IMG/VR virus record: IMGVR_UViG_3300020470_003436
Location: 7,065 to 71,064 of that record
Length of the DNA: 64,000 bases
Source of the DNA: a virus
Strand: one strand, 5' to 3'
A model generated the notes under the pieces. That model was not told where the DNA came from. It saw only the letters and a list, made by a program, of their open reading frames with translations, and did not search any database. Position 1 is the first letter of the stretch. Each line of letters starts with the position of its first letter. Shown here piece after piece: positions 30,855 to 41,129 of this stretch. The position numbers and the translations under genes were made by a program.

Positions 30855-33800
30855 ATGGCTGTTAGAAGCACTAATCTTTTCTCCACCGCCCAGAGAATAT
30901 TTGGATACAAAACAAGCACTGGCGACGACTTAAATGGTGGTTGGACGTCAACTAGTGGGTCAAAAGCTACGATGACCTTGACTCTGGCTAATTGTACTAA
31001 TGGCACTTACACAGATGCAGACGATAAACGTTTTACTAAGGTTGTTAGCGGTGTGACATACACGTTTACTGCTAATGCTGATTTTACTGTGTCTAGTAAC
31101 GCTGCTTCTGTTCCCTGTACTGCAACAGTAAACTCTATAGCGTATAATGATGCAAATAATGGTGGGGCCATTCCTGCTTCAACTACTTTTACTGGATCTA
31201 CTGCGGTTATGGGGGGTAGTGGTACTGCTACGGCTGGTGCTATCTCTGGAGGAAAAGACGATCCTTTCCTAGGAATGGTGTACAAGCTATTTCGCTATAC
31301 TCAGTACGTTCCCGACAACACAAACTATGAGGGCAACAGTTTAATAATTGCAGCTAGAAACTCTGAAGATATTGTTTTCAAGTCTCCAATTGTTGACTGT
31401 CTGGGAGGAAAAAACTATTTTGGGTCTTACCTTTTTTCTGCAGCACGCTCCGTTGATGTTACGTCTGAAATACTTTTTTACGAATCAAGGGGTGGGCCGG
31501 TCCTAACAACAACCAACGTGCCTTCCCTTGCAGTTATACCTGTTAAAGAAACCGGAAAAACAGGTATGTTTGTTACTTCTCCGCTTAATGCAAATTTTGC
31601 TCAGATGCAGATAACTATTAAAGCATCTGCTGGTTCACTTGATGCCGGTAACTACTGGTATATTTTTGACCCTGTGCTGGCTGACGTTACAAGAGCGGAT
31701 CGTGGTAACATAGCTAAGCTTGCTTATGGTGACTTACCTCAGTTCATGCGTTTAGATGATGAAAATATCGGCAACTTGGCTTTAGGGACGGAAGCCGCTA
31801 AGACTAAGGGAACTTTAACTTTAGCTAGTTGTGTTAATGGCACATATGCGTTGGGTACTGAATTTTCAGTTGTAGTAGGCAATACGGAATATGTTTACGC
31901 TTCTGATAATGAGTTTACAGTCTCTGGAGGTGCTGCTACTGTTAAGGTGACAGCTAAACAAGGTGGTTTAATTTTTAATGATGTCGCACATGGCGGTGTC
32001 ATCCCTAATGGCAGTGCTTCCTTTAGTAATACAAATGTTGGAGGAAGTGGGACGGTTACAGCGGGAACAGGCGACACTAATGGCCTCATAAACGGAGCTA
32101 ATAGCGCAGATTTACAGCAACCTACACCTTTGATGTCTTACCTAGATTCTCTGTTACACCCTATAGACACCGTGTACGATTCAGCAAGAAACTTTGACTA
32201 TATCCACGCTTCTGAAGGGACTTTAAGTAGATCAACTTTAACAGATCCTCTTACATCTCCGGCAGCGTATTTACCTTGGCTTGCAGGAATTACTGGAACA
32301 ACCCTTCTGTCATCCTCTAGTGGTTTCACTCCTTGGACTGCTTTGGAATCGTATCAAGCTGCGGGAAGCTCTGAGCCCGGTGAGTGGGCAGACTTAGAAA
32401 CACTTGCTTCTTGGAATGCGCTACAGGCATTAGATCCAGATTTCTTTGATTCTATTTCCGGATACAGAAATCAAATTAATACTGGTTTTTCCGGTATTCA
32501 CGCTGGAACAAAACTGACGATTGATAAATATATTCCAACCTTGTTAGAGACGGAGACTCCAGCGAACCATGTTGGCCTAGTGCGTAAAAATGATTTTAAT
32601 AATCCGTTTAGACTACAGTCTGTAGTTGATCCTGCTGTTGATCCAGATGTCGGAGGTTCCTTAGTCAAGGAAGCCATTGACCACGGTGCGGCTGCTGGTG
32701 CAATTGCTGCTTCAACTAATAATGTGATTGAGTCTGCTGATGGTTCGTATGACTTTTCTTCAATACTTACCTCTTTGCAAGGTGTACAAGAAGTGCCTAA
32801 CGAATTTATTGATGATAGAGATGGGTTTAATAGAAGCATTTTGTTAAACGAGGGCACGACAGGTAATCTTGGTGGCGGTATAGGAACTTCGCAGTATACA
32901 GGCAATAGAGTGTATTTGTATGGTGAGTCTGGTAAAATGACTACTGAAACTGACACCTTGTTTAACATTGGTGGAGATGATAATGCTTTTGACATTGTAG
33001 TGGAGCTAACCAACTTTACACCATTTACGGCTTCAGCTTGGTCAGGTCAAAACGGTGCTACTGGTAGTCAACCGGATGATTGGTTCTTGAGGGAAAAACG
33101 ATTACTTGTTTGTGGGCAAGACAATAATGGAAGCGATAACGACTGGGCGTTTTATATTGTGTCTGGTTTTGATCAATCAGCAGATACCAAGATGAGGCTT
33201 TTGTGGGTTGATGGTTACATGGATGAGAACTCTACAAACTATGCTTATTCTTCAGAAATAGATATGGCCTCTGTTCAACAGTATGGTCCTGTTGTGTTTA
33301 GGGTAAGTAAGTCAGCTTCAGATGTTGTAAAATTTTATGCTCAATCTTCTTTGTATGATGATTGGGAATCAAATGTTTTAACATCTACCCCTTCTACTGC
33401 GATTACTCCAACTGCAGGTACCGCAGGGGCTGACGCTTACATACAGGTTGGTGGTACTTTAAGTAACTCTAACATCTGGTCAGACGCTTCAGCGCTGCCC
33501 GCTGCTTTTAGTCGGGTTATGGTAAATGATGCTGTGTTTTCGTTTAGTGGTTCTGGTACAACAAGCAGCGAGAACCACGCTATAGTTGATGGGGGAGGTG
33601 TAAATGATTTTGGTAATATTTCCTACACGCCTTTGCTTGACATTGATGTAAGCAAAGCATCTGCTGTATACGCAGCGGAGTTCCATTCTACAAAAACAGT
33701 TAGTGGTACGGAAAGCGACATTGACACCACTATTGGCTATGATGGTGCCGCTAATGACGTGAAGTTGATGGCAATGGAACCAGATAGCACTCACGGCAAT

Positions 33801-34700
33801 CTTTGGTACTTTGGATCTCAAGACACTTTAGCTGTTTCTGGGCTACCTTCAGCATCTTACAAAATACGTATCACAGAATACGATGACTCTGATGGAAGTA
33901 TAAACAACTACATTGATATCGGTGCTGCCACAGCAACCACTTTTTCTTTCGCTGGCGGAACGTATGGTGGTAAAACAATTTACTCTATAGACGTTCTTGC
34001 TGCTGCAGGAACATATGGAACGAACGGTGCCAAGTCAGCAGCCTCTGTCGCTTACTTCCGACCAGATACTATCGGTGCGGCAGCTAACCCTCTAAGCGCT
34101 ACAGGCACAGACAGTGAGAGTGAGACTTGGACTTTAACTAGAGCCACTGCGAATAATTCAACTGATTGGATATCTAGTCAAGCGATTGACAAGTCATTTA
34201 TTCAACCGTATAAAGGAAAGTTCGTTACGGCAGAACCTCCACAGATAGAATACTACACTCCATTTTCTGTAGCTATGCAGATAAGAAGGTGTTGGACTTC
34301 TTCTGGAACAGGAACGGACCATAACGTGTTCTCATTACTTAACGGTTCTAACCAAGGTTTGAAGATTTATTTTGAAGACGCTACAATGAAAGCTGTGTTT
34401 ACAGACGGTACAAATTCTGAGACAGCTACGTGGACGCAAACTTCTTTTGGCGGCTGGGATAACGTAGTTGTTCAAAGAGACCCACAAGTGGGGTTGAGCA
34501 TTTATGTAAATGGAGCTTTAGCTAATAAGGCTGATCATAATACCCTTATCACAGCTTTCTCCGCTCCCACGAATGCTGCAACGTTTAGCGAGGGCACTAC
34601 TTCACAGTATTATCCTTGGTTCGCTCTTTCGCAGTTTGCTTTTTATTCAAGATATTTGTCAACAACAGAAGTCGCTCTTCTCAACAGCCAATTAACATAG
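30855..34700 (+). CDS. baseplate wedge gpI-like protein with carbohydrate-binding/LamG-like domains
   Basis: YGDLPQFMR, DPLTSPAAYLPWLA gpI motif; C-terminal W..VV......IYVNG..F..Y.R.LS LamG-like pattern. Confidence 0.7.
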   Translation: MAVRSTNLFSTAQRIFGYKTSTGDDLNGGWTSTSGSKATMTLTLANCTNGTYTDADDKRFTKVVSGVTYTFTANADFTVSSNAASVPCTATVNSIAYNDANNGGAIPASTTFTGSTAVMGGSGTATAGAISGGKDDPFLGMVYKLFRYTQYVPDNTNYEGNSLIIAARNSEDIVFKSPIVDCLGGKNYFGSYLFSAARSVDVTSEILFYESRGGPVLTTTNVPSLAVIPVKETGKTGMFVTSPLNANFAQMQITIKASAGSLDAGNYWYIFDPVLADVTRADRGNIAKLAYGDLPQFMRLDDENIGNLALGTEAAKTKGTLTLASCVNGTYALGTEFSVVVGNTEYVYASDNEFTVSGGAATVKVTAKQGGLIFNDVAHGGVIPNGSASFSNTNVGGSGTVTAGTGDTNGLINGANSADLQQPTPLMSYLDSLLHPIDTVYDSARNFDYIHASEGTLSRSTLTDPLTSPAAYLPWLAGITGTTLLSSSSGFTPWTALESYQAAGSSEPGEWADLETLASWNALQALDPDFFDSISGYRNQINTGFSGIHAGTKLTIDKYIPTLLETETPANHVGLVRKNDFNNPFRLQSVVDPAVDPDVGGSLVKEAIDHGAAAGAIAASTNNVIESADGSYDFSSILTSLQGVQEVPNEFIDDRDGFNRSILLNEGTTGNLGGGIGTSQYTGNRVYLYGESGKMTTETDTLFNIGGDDNAFDIVVELTNFTPFTASAWSGQNGATGSQPDDWFLREKRLLVCGQDNNGSDNDWAFYIVSGFDQSADTKMRLLWVDGYMDENSTNYAYSSEIDMASVQQYGPVVFRVSKSASDVVKFYAQSSLYDDWESNVLTSTPSTAITPTAGTAGADAYIQVGGTLSNSNIWSDASALPAAFSRVMVNDAVFSFSGSGTTSSENHAIVDGGGVNDFGNISYTPLLDIDVSKASAVYAAEFHSTKTVSGTESDIDTTIGYDGAANDVKLMAMEPDSTHGNLWYFGSQDTLAVSGLPSASYKIRITEYDDSDGSINNYIDIGAATATTFSFAGGTYGGKTIYSIDVLAAAGTYGTNGAKSAASVAYFRPDTIGAAANPLSATGTDSESETWTLTRATANNSTDWISSQAIDKSFIQPYKGKFVTAEPPQIEYYTPFSVAMQIRRCWTSSGTGTDHNVFSLLNGSNQGLKIYFEDATMKAVFTDGTNSETATWTQTSFGGWDNVVVQRDPQVGLSIYVNGALANKADHNTLITAFSAPTNAATFSEGTTSQYYPWFALSQFAFYSRYLSTTEVALLNSQLT

Positions 34701-34733
34701 TACAATATACTCAGAGGAAAGGATTTAACCAAA

Positions 34734-35843
34734 ATGGCAGCAAGTGCTTCAACTCGTTTAGGAATTTTTACTTGGACAGCAGGAACTGACGCTTTTACAC
34801 GCTCACAGATGACTGACTCTATGAGTGCGTTAGAAGCTAAAGCTGCTGGGTTTGATCAAACAGGATCTCGGCCAACTGCTGGTGCGGGTTATAAAGGATT
34901 TTTTCATTATTCAAGTACAGACTCTAGCGTAGGTACTTTGGCGTACTGTAATGGTACTGCATGGTTTGATATTGGTACGTTTGGTACTGGTACTCCTACT
35001 GCTTTGACTGGTTCTACTGGTGCTGTTGGTACTGCTTCTACGTATTCTCGTTCTGACCACAGGCACGCTCTTGCCAGCAACTCTGTTACTACAGCCACGA
35101 TTACCGATGCTAATGTGACGACTGCTAAGATAGCTGATGACGCTGTAACGACAGCGAAAATAACTGACGCTAACATTACCACAGCAAAAATAGCTGATGA
35201 TAACGTTACTACAGATAAGATAGCTGATGACGCTGTCGGTGCTGACCAGCTAGCGTCTAACGCTGTTGTTACTGCTTCTATTCTTGACGACAATGTAACC
35301 CATGAGAAGATAGAAGAGTCTGTCGCTAGGTCTGTTCTGGGTGTGACAGGGAATGCTGCGGCTCACGTAGCAGATATTCAGGCGGGCACAGATCATCATG
35401 TTCTAAGGAGAAGCGGAACTTCTATAGGTTTTGGAACGGTAGCCACCGATGGTATTGCCAACGATGCTATAACTCATGAGAAGATAGAAGAGTCTGCAGC
35501 TAGGTCTGTTCTGGGTGTAACTGGAAACGCTGCGGCTCACGTAGCAGATATTCAGGCGGCCACAGATCATCATGTTTTGAGAAGAAGCGGAACTTCTATA
35601 GGTTTCGGAACGGTAGCCACTGATGGTATTGCCGACGATGCTGTTACAACTGGTAAAATAGATGATAATGCTGTTACGGCTGCTAAGATAGCTGCGAATG
35701 CTGTAAGTGATGCTGAACTAGATCTAGATCAGTGTTCTTTTTACGCCCCAAGCGGCACAGCTAAAGATGGTTACAAAATTACCGTGAGTACTAGTGACCC
35801 AAGTAGTGGCGACAACGGCGATATATGGCTTAAGTACTCATAG
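34734..35843 (+). CDS. tail fibre protein with VTTAKIADD repeats
   Basis: 10-aa periodic repeats, a duplicated ~51-aa block and C-terminal PSSGDNGDIWLKY. Confidence 0.75.
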   Translation: MAASASTRLGIFTWTAGTDAFTRSQMTDSMSALEAKAAGFDQTGSRPTAGAGYKGFFHYSSTDSSVGTLAYCNGTAWFDIGTFGTGTPTALTGSTGAVGTASTYSRSDHRHALASNSVTTATITDANVTTAKIADDAVTTAKITDANITTAKIADDNVTTDKIADDAVGADQLASNAVVTASILDDNVTHEKIEESVARSVLGVTGNAAAHVADIQAGTDHHVLRRSGTSIGFGTVATDGIANDAITHEKIEESAARSVLGVTGNAAAHVADIQAATDHHVLRRSGTSIGFGTVATDGIADDAVTTGKIDDNAVTAAKIAANAVSDAELDLDQCSFYAPSGTAKDGYKITVSTSDPSSGDNGDIWLKYS

Positions 35844-35851
35844 GGGTTTTC

Positions 35852-36826
35852 ATGACTTTACACACTAAAGTAGGTGGGGCGTGGAAAACAATTGCTGATG
35901 GTAATTTGTGGGTCAAGGATGGTGGCACATGGAGGAACACGTCTTTGGAGACAAAGGTAGGCGGTGTTTGGAAACCTATACACACTGCTTCTGATGAGAG
36001 AAAATACGCTATTCCTACAAATAACTCTAGGTCTTTTAGATCTGCTTCTGGTGGAAGCACTGGTGCTTGGATAACTGGAGGTTTTACGAATGGGGCTAAC
36101 TCTATACGGCAGGGCAAGTATGGCGGTAAGGGGGCGTACAGCCAATTAGGTTATTCTGGAGGTTCAGCGTATGTAATTAGTTGTTACCCTAACACGTATG
36201 AGTGGGTTGGTGTTATGGCATTTAGTGACGCAACTTACGCATATGACATTACAGATGGTTGGGGAAGTAAAACGTACTTGCCTAACACTACCTTACAGGA
36301 TCTTATGGACGTAAGAGGCGTAGTTAAGGGAACACCTAAGCTTCACTTACAGAGAGTTTACACTGCTGAGAACGAAGATCAGACAGGTGGAGAGGGGTAT
36401 GCCACTGGTTATGGCAACGTTTATATTGGTGAGTACAATGCGTCAATAACCGAAACAACGCCATCTCTTTCCAACCTATCAGCCAGCAATCAGGTGACGT
36501 ACAATCCCGGAGGTAACTGGTTCAGTAGGGGCGAAAAAATATCTATCAACTTAACGTCTACAATAATAAACAACATAAAAACGACTGACAAGAATCTTGC
36601 GGTTTACGGAAACGCAACAATTAACACCAACGATCAAGGGTTACGTGACCCCGATAACCCAACTGGGGCTTCTAATTCATGCTGGGTTTACCGATCAGAT
36701 TATTTTTTAGCACCGTCTTCGCAAGGAAATTATTTATGGTATTACCATCATTGGACAGGAATCGCCGACCCAAGCAGCGCCACCGTTAGTGGTCCTTGGC
36801 TTGAAGTAAGCCTAGATTACACATAA
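35852..36826 (+). CDS. tail fibre distal / receptor-binding protein
   Basis: N-terminal KVGGAWK/KDGGTWR/KVGGVWK repeats typical of fibre-tip adaptors. Confidence 0.6.
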   Translation: MTLHTKVGGAWKTIADGNLWVKDGGTWRNTSLETKVGGVWKPIHTASDERKYAIPTNNSRSFRSASGGSTGAWITGGFTNGANSIRQGKYGGKGAYSQLGYSGGSAYVISCYPNTYEWVGVMAFSDATYAYDITDGWGSKTYLPNTTLQDLMDVRGVVKGTPKLHLQRVYTAENEDQTGGEGYATGYGNVYIGEYNASITETTPSLSNLSASNQVTYNPGGNWFSRGEKISINLTSTIINNIKTTDKNLAVYGNATINTNDQGLRDPDNPTGASNSCWVYRSDYFLAPSSQGNYLWYYHHWTGIADPSSATVSGPWLEVSLDYT

Positions 36827-36837
36827 GGGGTAATATT

Positions 36838-37158
36838 ATGTGGGGGGATTTCCTTAACATGACCGTGCCCGCACTCGTAGGTTCGGCTGTAACATTCTTT
36901 GGACTATGGGCGACTCTTCGTAACCGTTCTAAACGGTTAGAGTTTGATATAGAATCAGCACAAGACAGCGTTTGGTTGGATTTGGTTAAGCAAAGTAGGA
37001 TAGAATATGAATTACAGAGGAAAGAAAATAATAGGTTAAGGTACATAGCGCATCATTTACAAGCAGAAGTTGTTGAGTTAGAACAAAAAAATAGAGACCT
37101 AAATCAAAAAGTTGCGGCATTGCAGAAAGAAGTTAAGAAAAATGGGAGAAAGTTTTAA
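36838..37158 (+). CDS. membrane-anchored coiled-coil protein (possible lysis accessory)
   Basis: N-terminal TM helix followed by a coiled coil. Confidence 0.5.
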   Translation: MWGDFLNMTVPALVGSAVTFFGLWATLRNRSKRLEFDIESAQDSVWLDLVKQSRIEYELQRKENNRLRYIAHHLQAEVVELEQKNRDLNQKVAALQKEVKKNGRKF

Positions 37159-37462
37159 ACCTTGGAGTGAGCGTAACGAAGACGATTCGGTTGATGATTT
37201 AATCGCCGCTTTTGCAGATGCAATGCAAGGAGATGAGGAAGTCTCTGCCGATGAAGTGGTAGATAAAGTTTTAGAAAGCGTTTGGGGCCATGGTGAAGAA
37301 GGAGCCGTCCTAGGTAATTTTGTTTTTGTTGGTGAGGTTATTTCTCCTAGAGGTGACGGGCACCTAATGGTTGTTACTTCTGACGGGTTACCTCACTGGA
37401 TATCAAGAGGAATGATAGCCACGGCAGACGATTATTTAGCGTCAGGTATTATAGAGCAATGA
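37142..37462 (+). CDS. hypothetical protein
   Basis: ORF; start refined to ATG 37142. Confidence 0.55.
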   Translation: MGESFKPWSERNEDDSVDDLIAAFADAMQGDEEVSADEVVDKVLESVWGHGEEGAVLGNFVFVGEVISPRGDGHLMVVTSDGLPHWISRGMIATADDYLASGIIEQ

Positions 37463-37797
37463 CAGCAGGCCTGTATAATTTTGAATGCACGAAGGGTTCT
37501 GCTTTAGGGGTTACGATAACCATTAAAAACCCTGATTCTGAAAAGGCTCAACTTACTTCTTGGAACTCTCGTATGCAGATTAGAAAAACAATGGATGCTG
37601 CGTCGCCAATGTTAGAATTGACGAATGCAAATGGTAGGCTTGTACATAACGTTTCAAATGGTACAATAACAGTAACGCTTACTTCGGCTGAAACGAACAC
37701 GTTGACGTCTAGTGGCATTTATGATTTAGAATTAGTTGAAGAAAACAGCGGAACAGTTATCCGTTTATTACAAGGAAATTTTAACGTTACGGTGTAG
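37459..37797 (+). CDS. tail-fibre attachment Ig-like protein (LtfC-like)
   Basis: MQIRK, GIYDLEL and RLLQG; paralog of 27681-28025. Confidence 0.65.
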   Translation: MTAGLYNFECTKGSALGVTITIKNPDSEKAQLTSWNSRMQIRKTMDAASPMLELTNANGRLVHNVSNGTITVTLTSAETNTLTSSGIYDLELVEENSGTVIRLLQGNFNVTV

Positions 37798-37799
37798 CC

Positions 37800-38279
37800 A
37801 TGGCAGACAATACAGTACAGATAACAGAAATAGCAGGTAACTCTGTAACGGCTACAGACATTATTAATGCTGTTACCGTTACGGACACAACAGAAAATAG
37901 TGTTTCTGTAGTTGCGGCCACGTTTGTGAATGACGCTGGGGCTAGTTCAAAGATTTATTATGGAACCACCACGCCGAGCGCTTCAATTGGAACTACAGGA
38001 GATTTTTGGATACGTACTGACACAGGAGAACTGTATGGCCCTAAAACTGGGTCGGGTTGGCCTGCTTCTTCTTTACCTTTAATACCGAAAAGGCATACGC
38101 ATACTCAGTCAAGTGCGGCTACGACTTGGACTGTTTCGCACACATTAAGTGGGTATCCATCTGTTACGGTAGTGGATAGTGCCGGTACAGTTGTGATAGG
38201 TACGGTAAAATATGATAGTACTTCACAAATTACAATAACTTTTGAGTCTGCTTTTTCAGGAAAAGCATACTTAACCTAG
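37800..38279 (+). CDS. tail fibre adaptor protein
   Basis: GDFWI..LYGPK..W and HTQSSAATTWTVSH.L..YPSVTVVD motifs. Confidence 0.7.
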   Translation: MADNTVQITEIAGNSVTATDIINAVTVTDTTENSVSVVAATFVNDAGASSKIYYGTTTPSASIGTTGDFWIRTDTGELYGPKTGSGWPASSLPLIPKRHTHTQSSAATTWTVSHTLSGYPSVTVVDSAGTVVIGTVKYDSTSQITITFESAFSGKAYLT

Positions 38280-38292
38280 TAGGAGAATACTA

Positions 38293-41022
38293 ATGGCACA
38301 GAAATTTTTAGTAAATCTGGATCTCAATAAAAATGAGCTTCAGAATGCTAAAGTACAGAACCTTGGGACTGCCCCCGGATCTCCTACTGCTGGCCAGATT
38401 TATTATGACTCTGGAGACAACGAACTTTATGTTTATAATGGTTCAGGGTGGGTAAGTTTACAAGCTGTAGGTGATATTACTGGAGTTACTGCGGGAACTG
38501 GTTTGTCTGGTGGCGGAACCTCTGGTACGGTCACTGTTAACTTTGCGCCTACTGGCCTTTCTACTGCTACAGTTGCATCTGATGATAAAGTAATTATTGC
38601 AGATACGGACGACAGCGACACTCCAAAAACTGTTACGGCTGCTGCTATTGCGGCTTTAGCCCCACAGGGTGACATAACAGGAGTCACTGCTGGCACTAAT
38701 CTTAATGGTGGAGGATCGTCTGGAGCGATTACCCTTAACGTGGACGCTTCACCTTCTTTCACGTCTGCTACTTTTTCTGCGGCGTCGCCTCTTGTCTTTG
38801 AGGGAGCCACGGCAGATTCATACGAAACAACTTTCGCTATAACTGATCCGACTGCTGACCGAACAATAACTTTCCCGAACTCTTCAGGAACTGTAGCGTT
38901 TACCTCCAGCGATATTACTGGAAACGCTGCTACTGCTACAGCTTTAGCAACTGCCAGAAATATTGGCGGTGTTTCTTTTGATGGAACAGCAAATATAGAT
39001 CTTCCGGGTGTTAATTCATCTGGTAACCAAAACACTTCAGGAAACGCTGCAACGGCCACAGCTTTGGCCACAGCTAGAACTATCGGTGGTGTAAGTTTTG
39101 ATGGTTCTGCAAACATTGACCTGCCCGGAGTTAACTCTGCAGGTAACCAGAACACTACTGGAAATGCTGCCACCGCTACCGCACTTGCAACAGCAAGGGC
39201 AATTAACGGTGTAGACTTTGATGGAACTGCAGCAATCACTGTTACGGCCGCTGCTGGAACGTTAACAGGAAATACCCTTAAATCATCTGTAACTGCTTCA
39301 TCGCTTACTAGTGTTGGAACTCTTACATCTTTAACGACCAGTGGTACTTTAACTGTTGGTTCAGATGGTTCAGGCGCTGACGTTACTTTCCATTCAGCCA
39401 CATCAGGAGACAGCTTCCTTTGGGACGCTTCAGAAGAAAAACTTGTAATTACAGGTACCAATGGAGCAAACGCCCTTGAGGTCGCTGACGGAAACGTTGA
39501 CATATCTGACAACTTGACTGTAGATGGCACAGCTACTGTAGGTGGCTTGCTAACCGCTAATGGTGGAATAACAATTCAAGCTACTGACACGTTTACTTTT
39601 GATAGCGTTGCCCTTACGACAGTTCAAACATCTGGTGAATCTTTTGCCGATAACGACACGTCGTTAATGACTTCAGCAGCTATAGATGACAGAATTAACG
39701 CTCATGGTGTAACCTCACTTACTGGAACCGCTAATGAGGTTGAGGTTTCTGCTTCAACTGGTGCGATAACTGTTGGATTACCAAATGATGTTACCATTTC
39801 TGGTGACCTTACAGTTAACGGAGACACAACTACAGTAAATACTGCTACGTTGTCAGTTGAAGACCCATTGATTAAACTCGCTAAAGGAAATAGTGGCGCT
39901 GACTCAGTAGACATTGGTTTCTATGGTCTATACGACACAAGCGGTTCACAAGACCTTTACGCTGGTCTTTTCCGTGACGCTAATGACAGTGGTAAGTTTA
40001 AACTATTTAAAGACCTACAGGCAGAGCCAACAACTACTGTTAATACTAGTGGTACTGGATATGCCGCTGCAACACTTGTGGTTGGGACCCTTGAAGGTGC
40101 AGTAACTGGTGATGTAACTGGTAATGCTGACACTGCAACAACTGCCACGAACGTTACAGCTAGCGCAAATAACTCAGGTAACGAAACAGTATACTTAACT
40201 TTTGTTGATGGGGCTACTGGAGCGCAAGGCATTGAAACAGACACAGGACTCAACTACAACCCAAGCACTGGAATGCTCACAACTACTGGCGTTACCGCTG
40301 CTTTAACTGGTAATGCTTCTACTGCTACCGCTCTCGCAACAGCGAGAAACATTGGTGGTGTATCATTTGACGGTACAGGAAACATTGACCTTCCGGGTGT
40401 AAACTCTGCAGGTAATCAAAATACTACTGGAAATGCGGCAACGGCTACAGCGTTGGCTACTGCTAGAACAATAGGTGGCGTTTCATTTGACGGTAGTGCC
40501 AATATTGATCTTCCGGGTGTGAACTCTGCTGGTAACCAAAACACAACTGGAAATGCCGCTACAGCCACGGCTTTGGCAACTGCTAGAGCTATTAACGGCG
40601 TTGATTTTGATGGCACAGCAGCTATTACAGTTACTGCTGCTGCAGGGACTTTGACTGGAACTGAGTTAAAGTCTACTGTTGTTACTTCTTCACTTACTGA
40701 AGTTGGAACAATCGCCACTGGTACATGGGCGGCGACAGATGTCGCTGTTGCCCACGGTGGTACTGGCGCTTCAACTGCCGCTGCTGCTCGTTCTAATTTA
40801 GGTGCCACAACTAAGGTCACTGGAACTATTGGTGATGGGTCTGCTACAGCTATTGCTGTAACCCACAGCTTGGGAACTAATGATGTTATCTGTGAAGTGT
40901 ATGATGCGTCTAGCTTAGAAACTGTGGTTTGTGAGGTGGATCGCACCAGCACTAATGCTGTTACGTTCACGTTCGCTTCTGCACCTGCTAACAACGCATA
41001 TAAGGTCGTAATTATCGGTTAA
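38293..41022 (+). CDS. long tail fibre protein with 40-aa repeats
   Basis: DLNKNELQNA start; two clusters of GNAATATALATARxIGGVSFDG repeats. Confidence 0.8.
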   Translation: MAQKFLVNLDLNKNELQNAKVQNLGTAPGSPTAGQIYYDSGDNELYVYNGSGWVSLQAVGDITGVTAGTGLSGGGTSGTVTVNFAPTGLSTATVASDDKVIIADTDDSDTPKTVTAAAIAALAPQGDITGVTAGTNLNGGGSSGAITLNVDASPSFTSATFSAASPLVFEGATADSYETTFAITDPTADRTITFPNSSGTVAFTSSDITGNAATATALATARNIGGVSFDGTANIDLPGVNSSGNQNTSGNAATATALATARTIGGVSFDGSANIDLPGVNSAGNQNTTGNAATATALATARAINGVDFDGTAAITVTAAAGTLTGNTLKSSVTASSLTSVGTLTSLTTSGTLTVGSDGSGADVTFHSATSGDSFLWDASEEKLVITGTNGANALEVADGNVDISDNLTVDGTATVGGLLTANGGITIQATDTFTFDSVALTTVQTSGESFADNDTSLMTSAAIDDRINAHGVTSLTGTANEVEVSASTGAITVGLPNDVTISGDLTVNGDTTTVNTATLSVEDPLIKLAKGNSGADSVDIGFYGLYDTSGSQDLYAGLFRDANDSGKFKLFKDLQAEPTTTVNTSGTGYAAATLVVGTLEGAVTGDVTGNADTATTATNVTASANNSGNETVYLTFVDGATGAQGIETDTGLNYNPSTGMLTTTGVTAALTGNASTATALATARNIGGVSFDGTGNIDLPGVNSAGNQNTTGNAATATALATARTIGGVSFDGSANIDLPGVNSAGNQNTTGNAATATALATARAINGVDFDGTAAITVTAAAGTLTGTELKSTVVTSSLTEVGTIATGTWAATDVAVAHGGTGASTAAAARSNLGATTKVTGTIGDGSATAIAVTHSLGTNDVICEVYDASSLETVVCEVDRTSTNAVTFTFASAPANNAYKVVIIG
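38920..40660 (+). repeat. two blocks of three ~120-bp coding repeats (about 38920-39270 and 40307-40660)
   Basis: Near-identical peptide units GNAATATALATARxIGGVSFDGxANIDLPGVNSAGNQNTT with diverged synonymous codons. Confidence 0.85.
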
Positions 41023-41046
41023 CGTTGCTGCCATTTGCATACCGTT

Positions 41047-41080
41047 AAGGGGTGAGGTCAATGATTTGGCTTCACCCCTT
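41047..41080 (+). terminator. long stem-loop between fibre genes, adjoining a TATAAT -10
   Basis: AAGGGGTGAGGTCAA-TGAT-TTGGCTTCACCCCTT, followed by GTGCTATAAT; no U-tract. Confidence 0.45.
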
Positions 41081-41129
41081 GTGCTATAATATGAGAAGAA
41101 GTTAGTTTTTACCCAAGGAACCCTATAAC

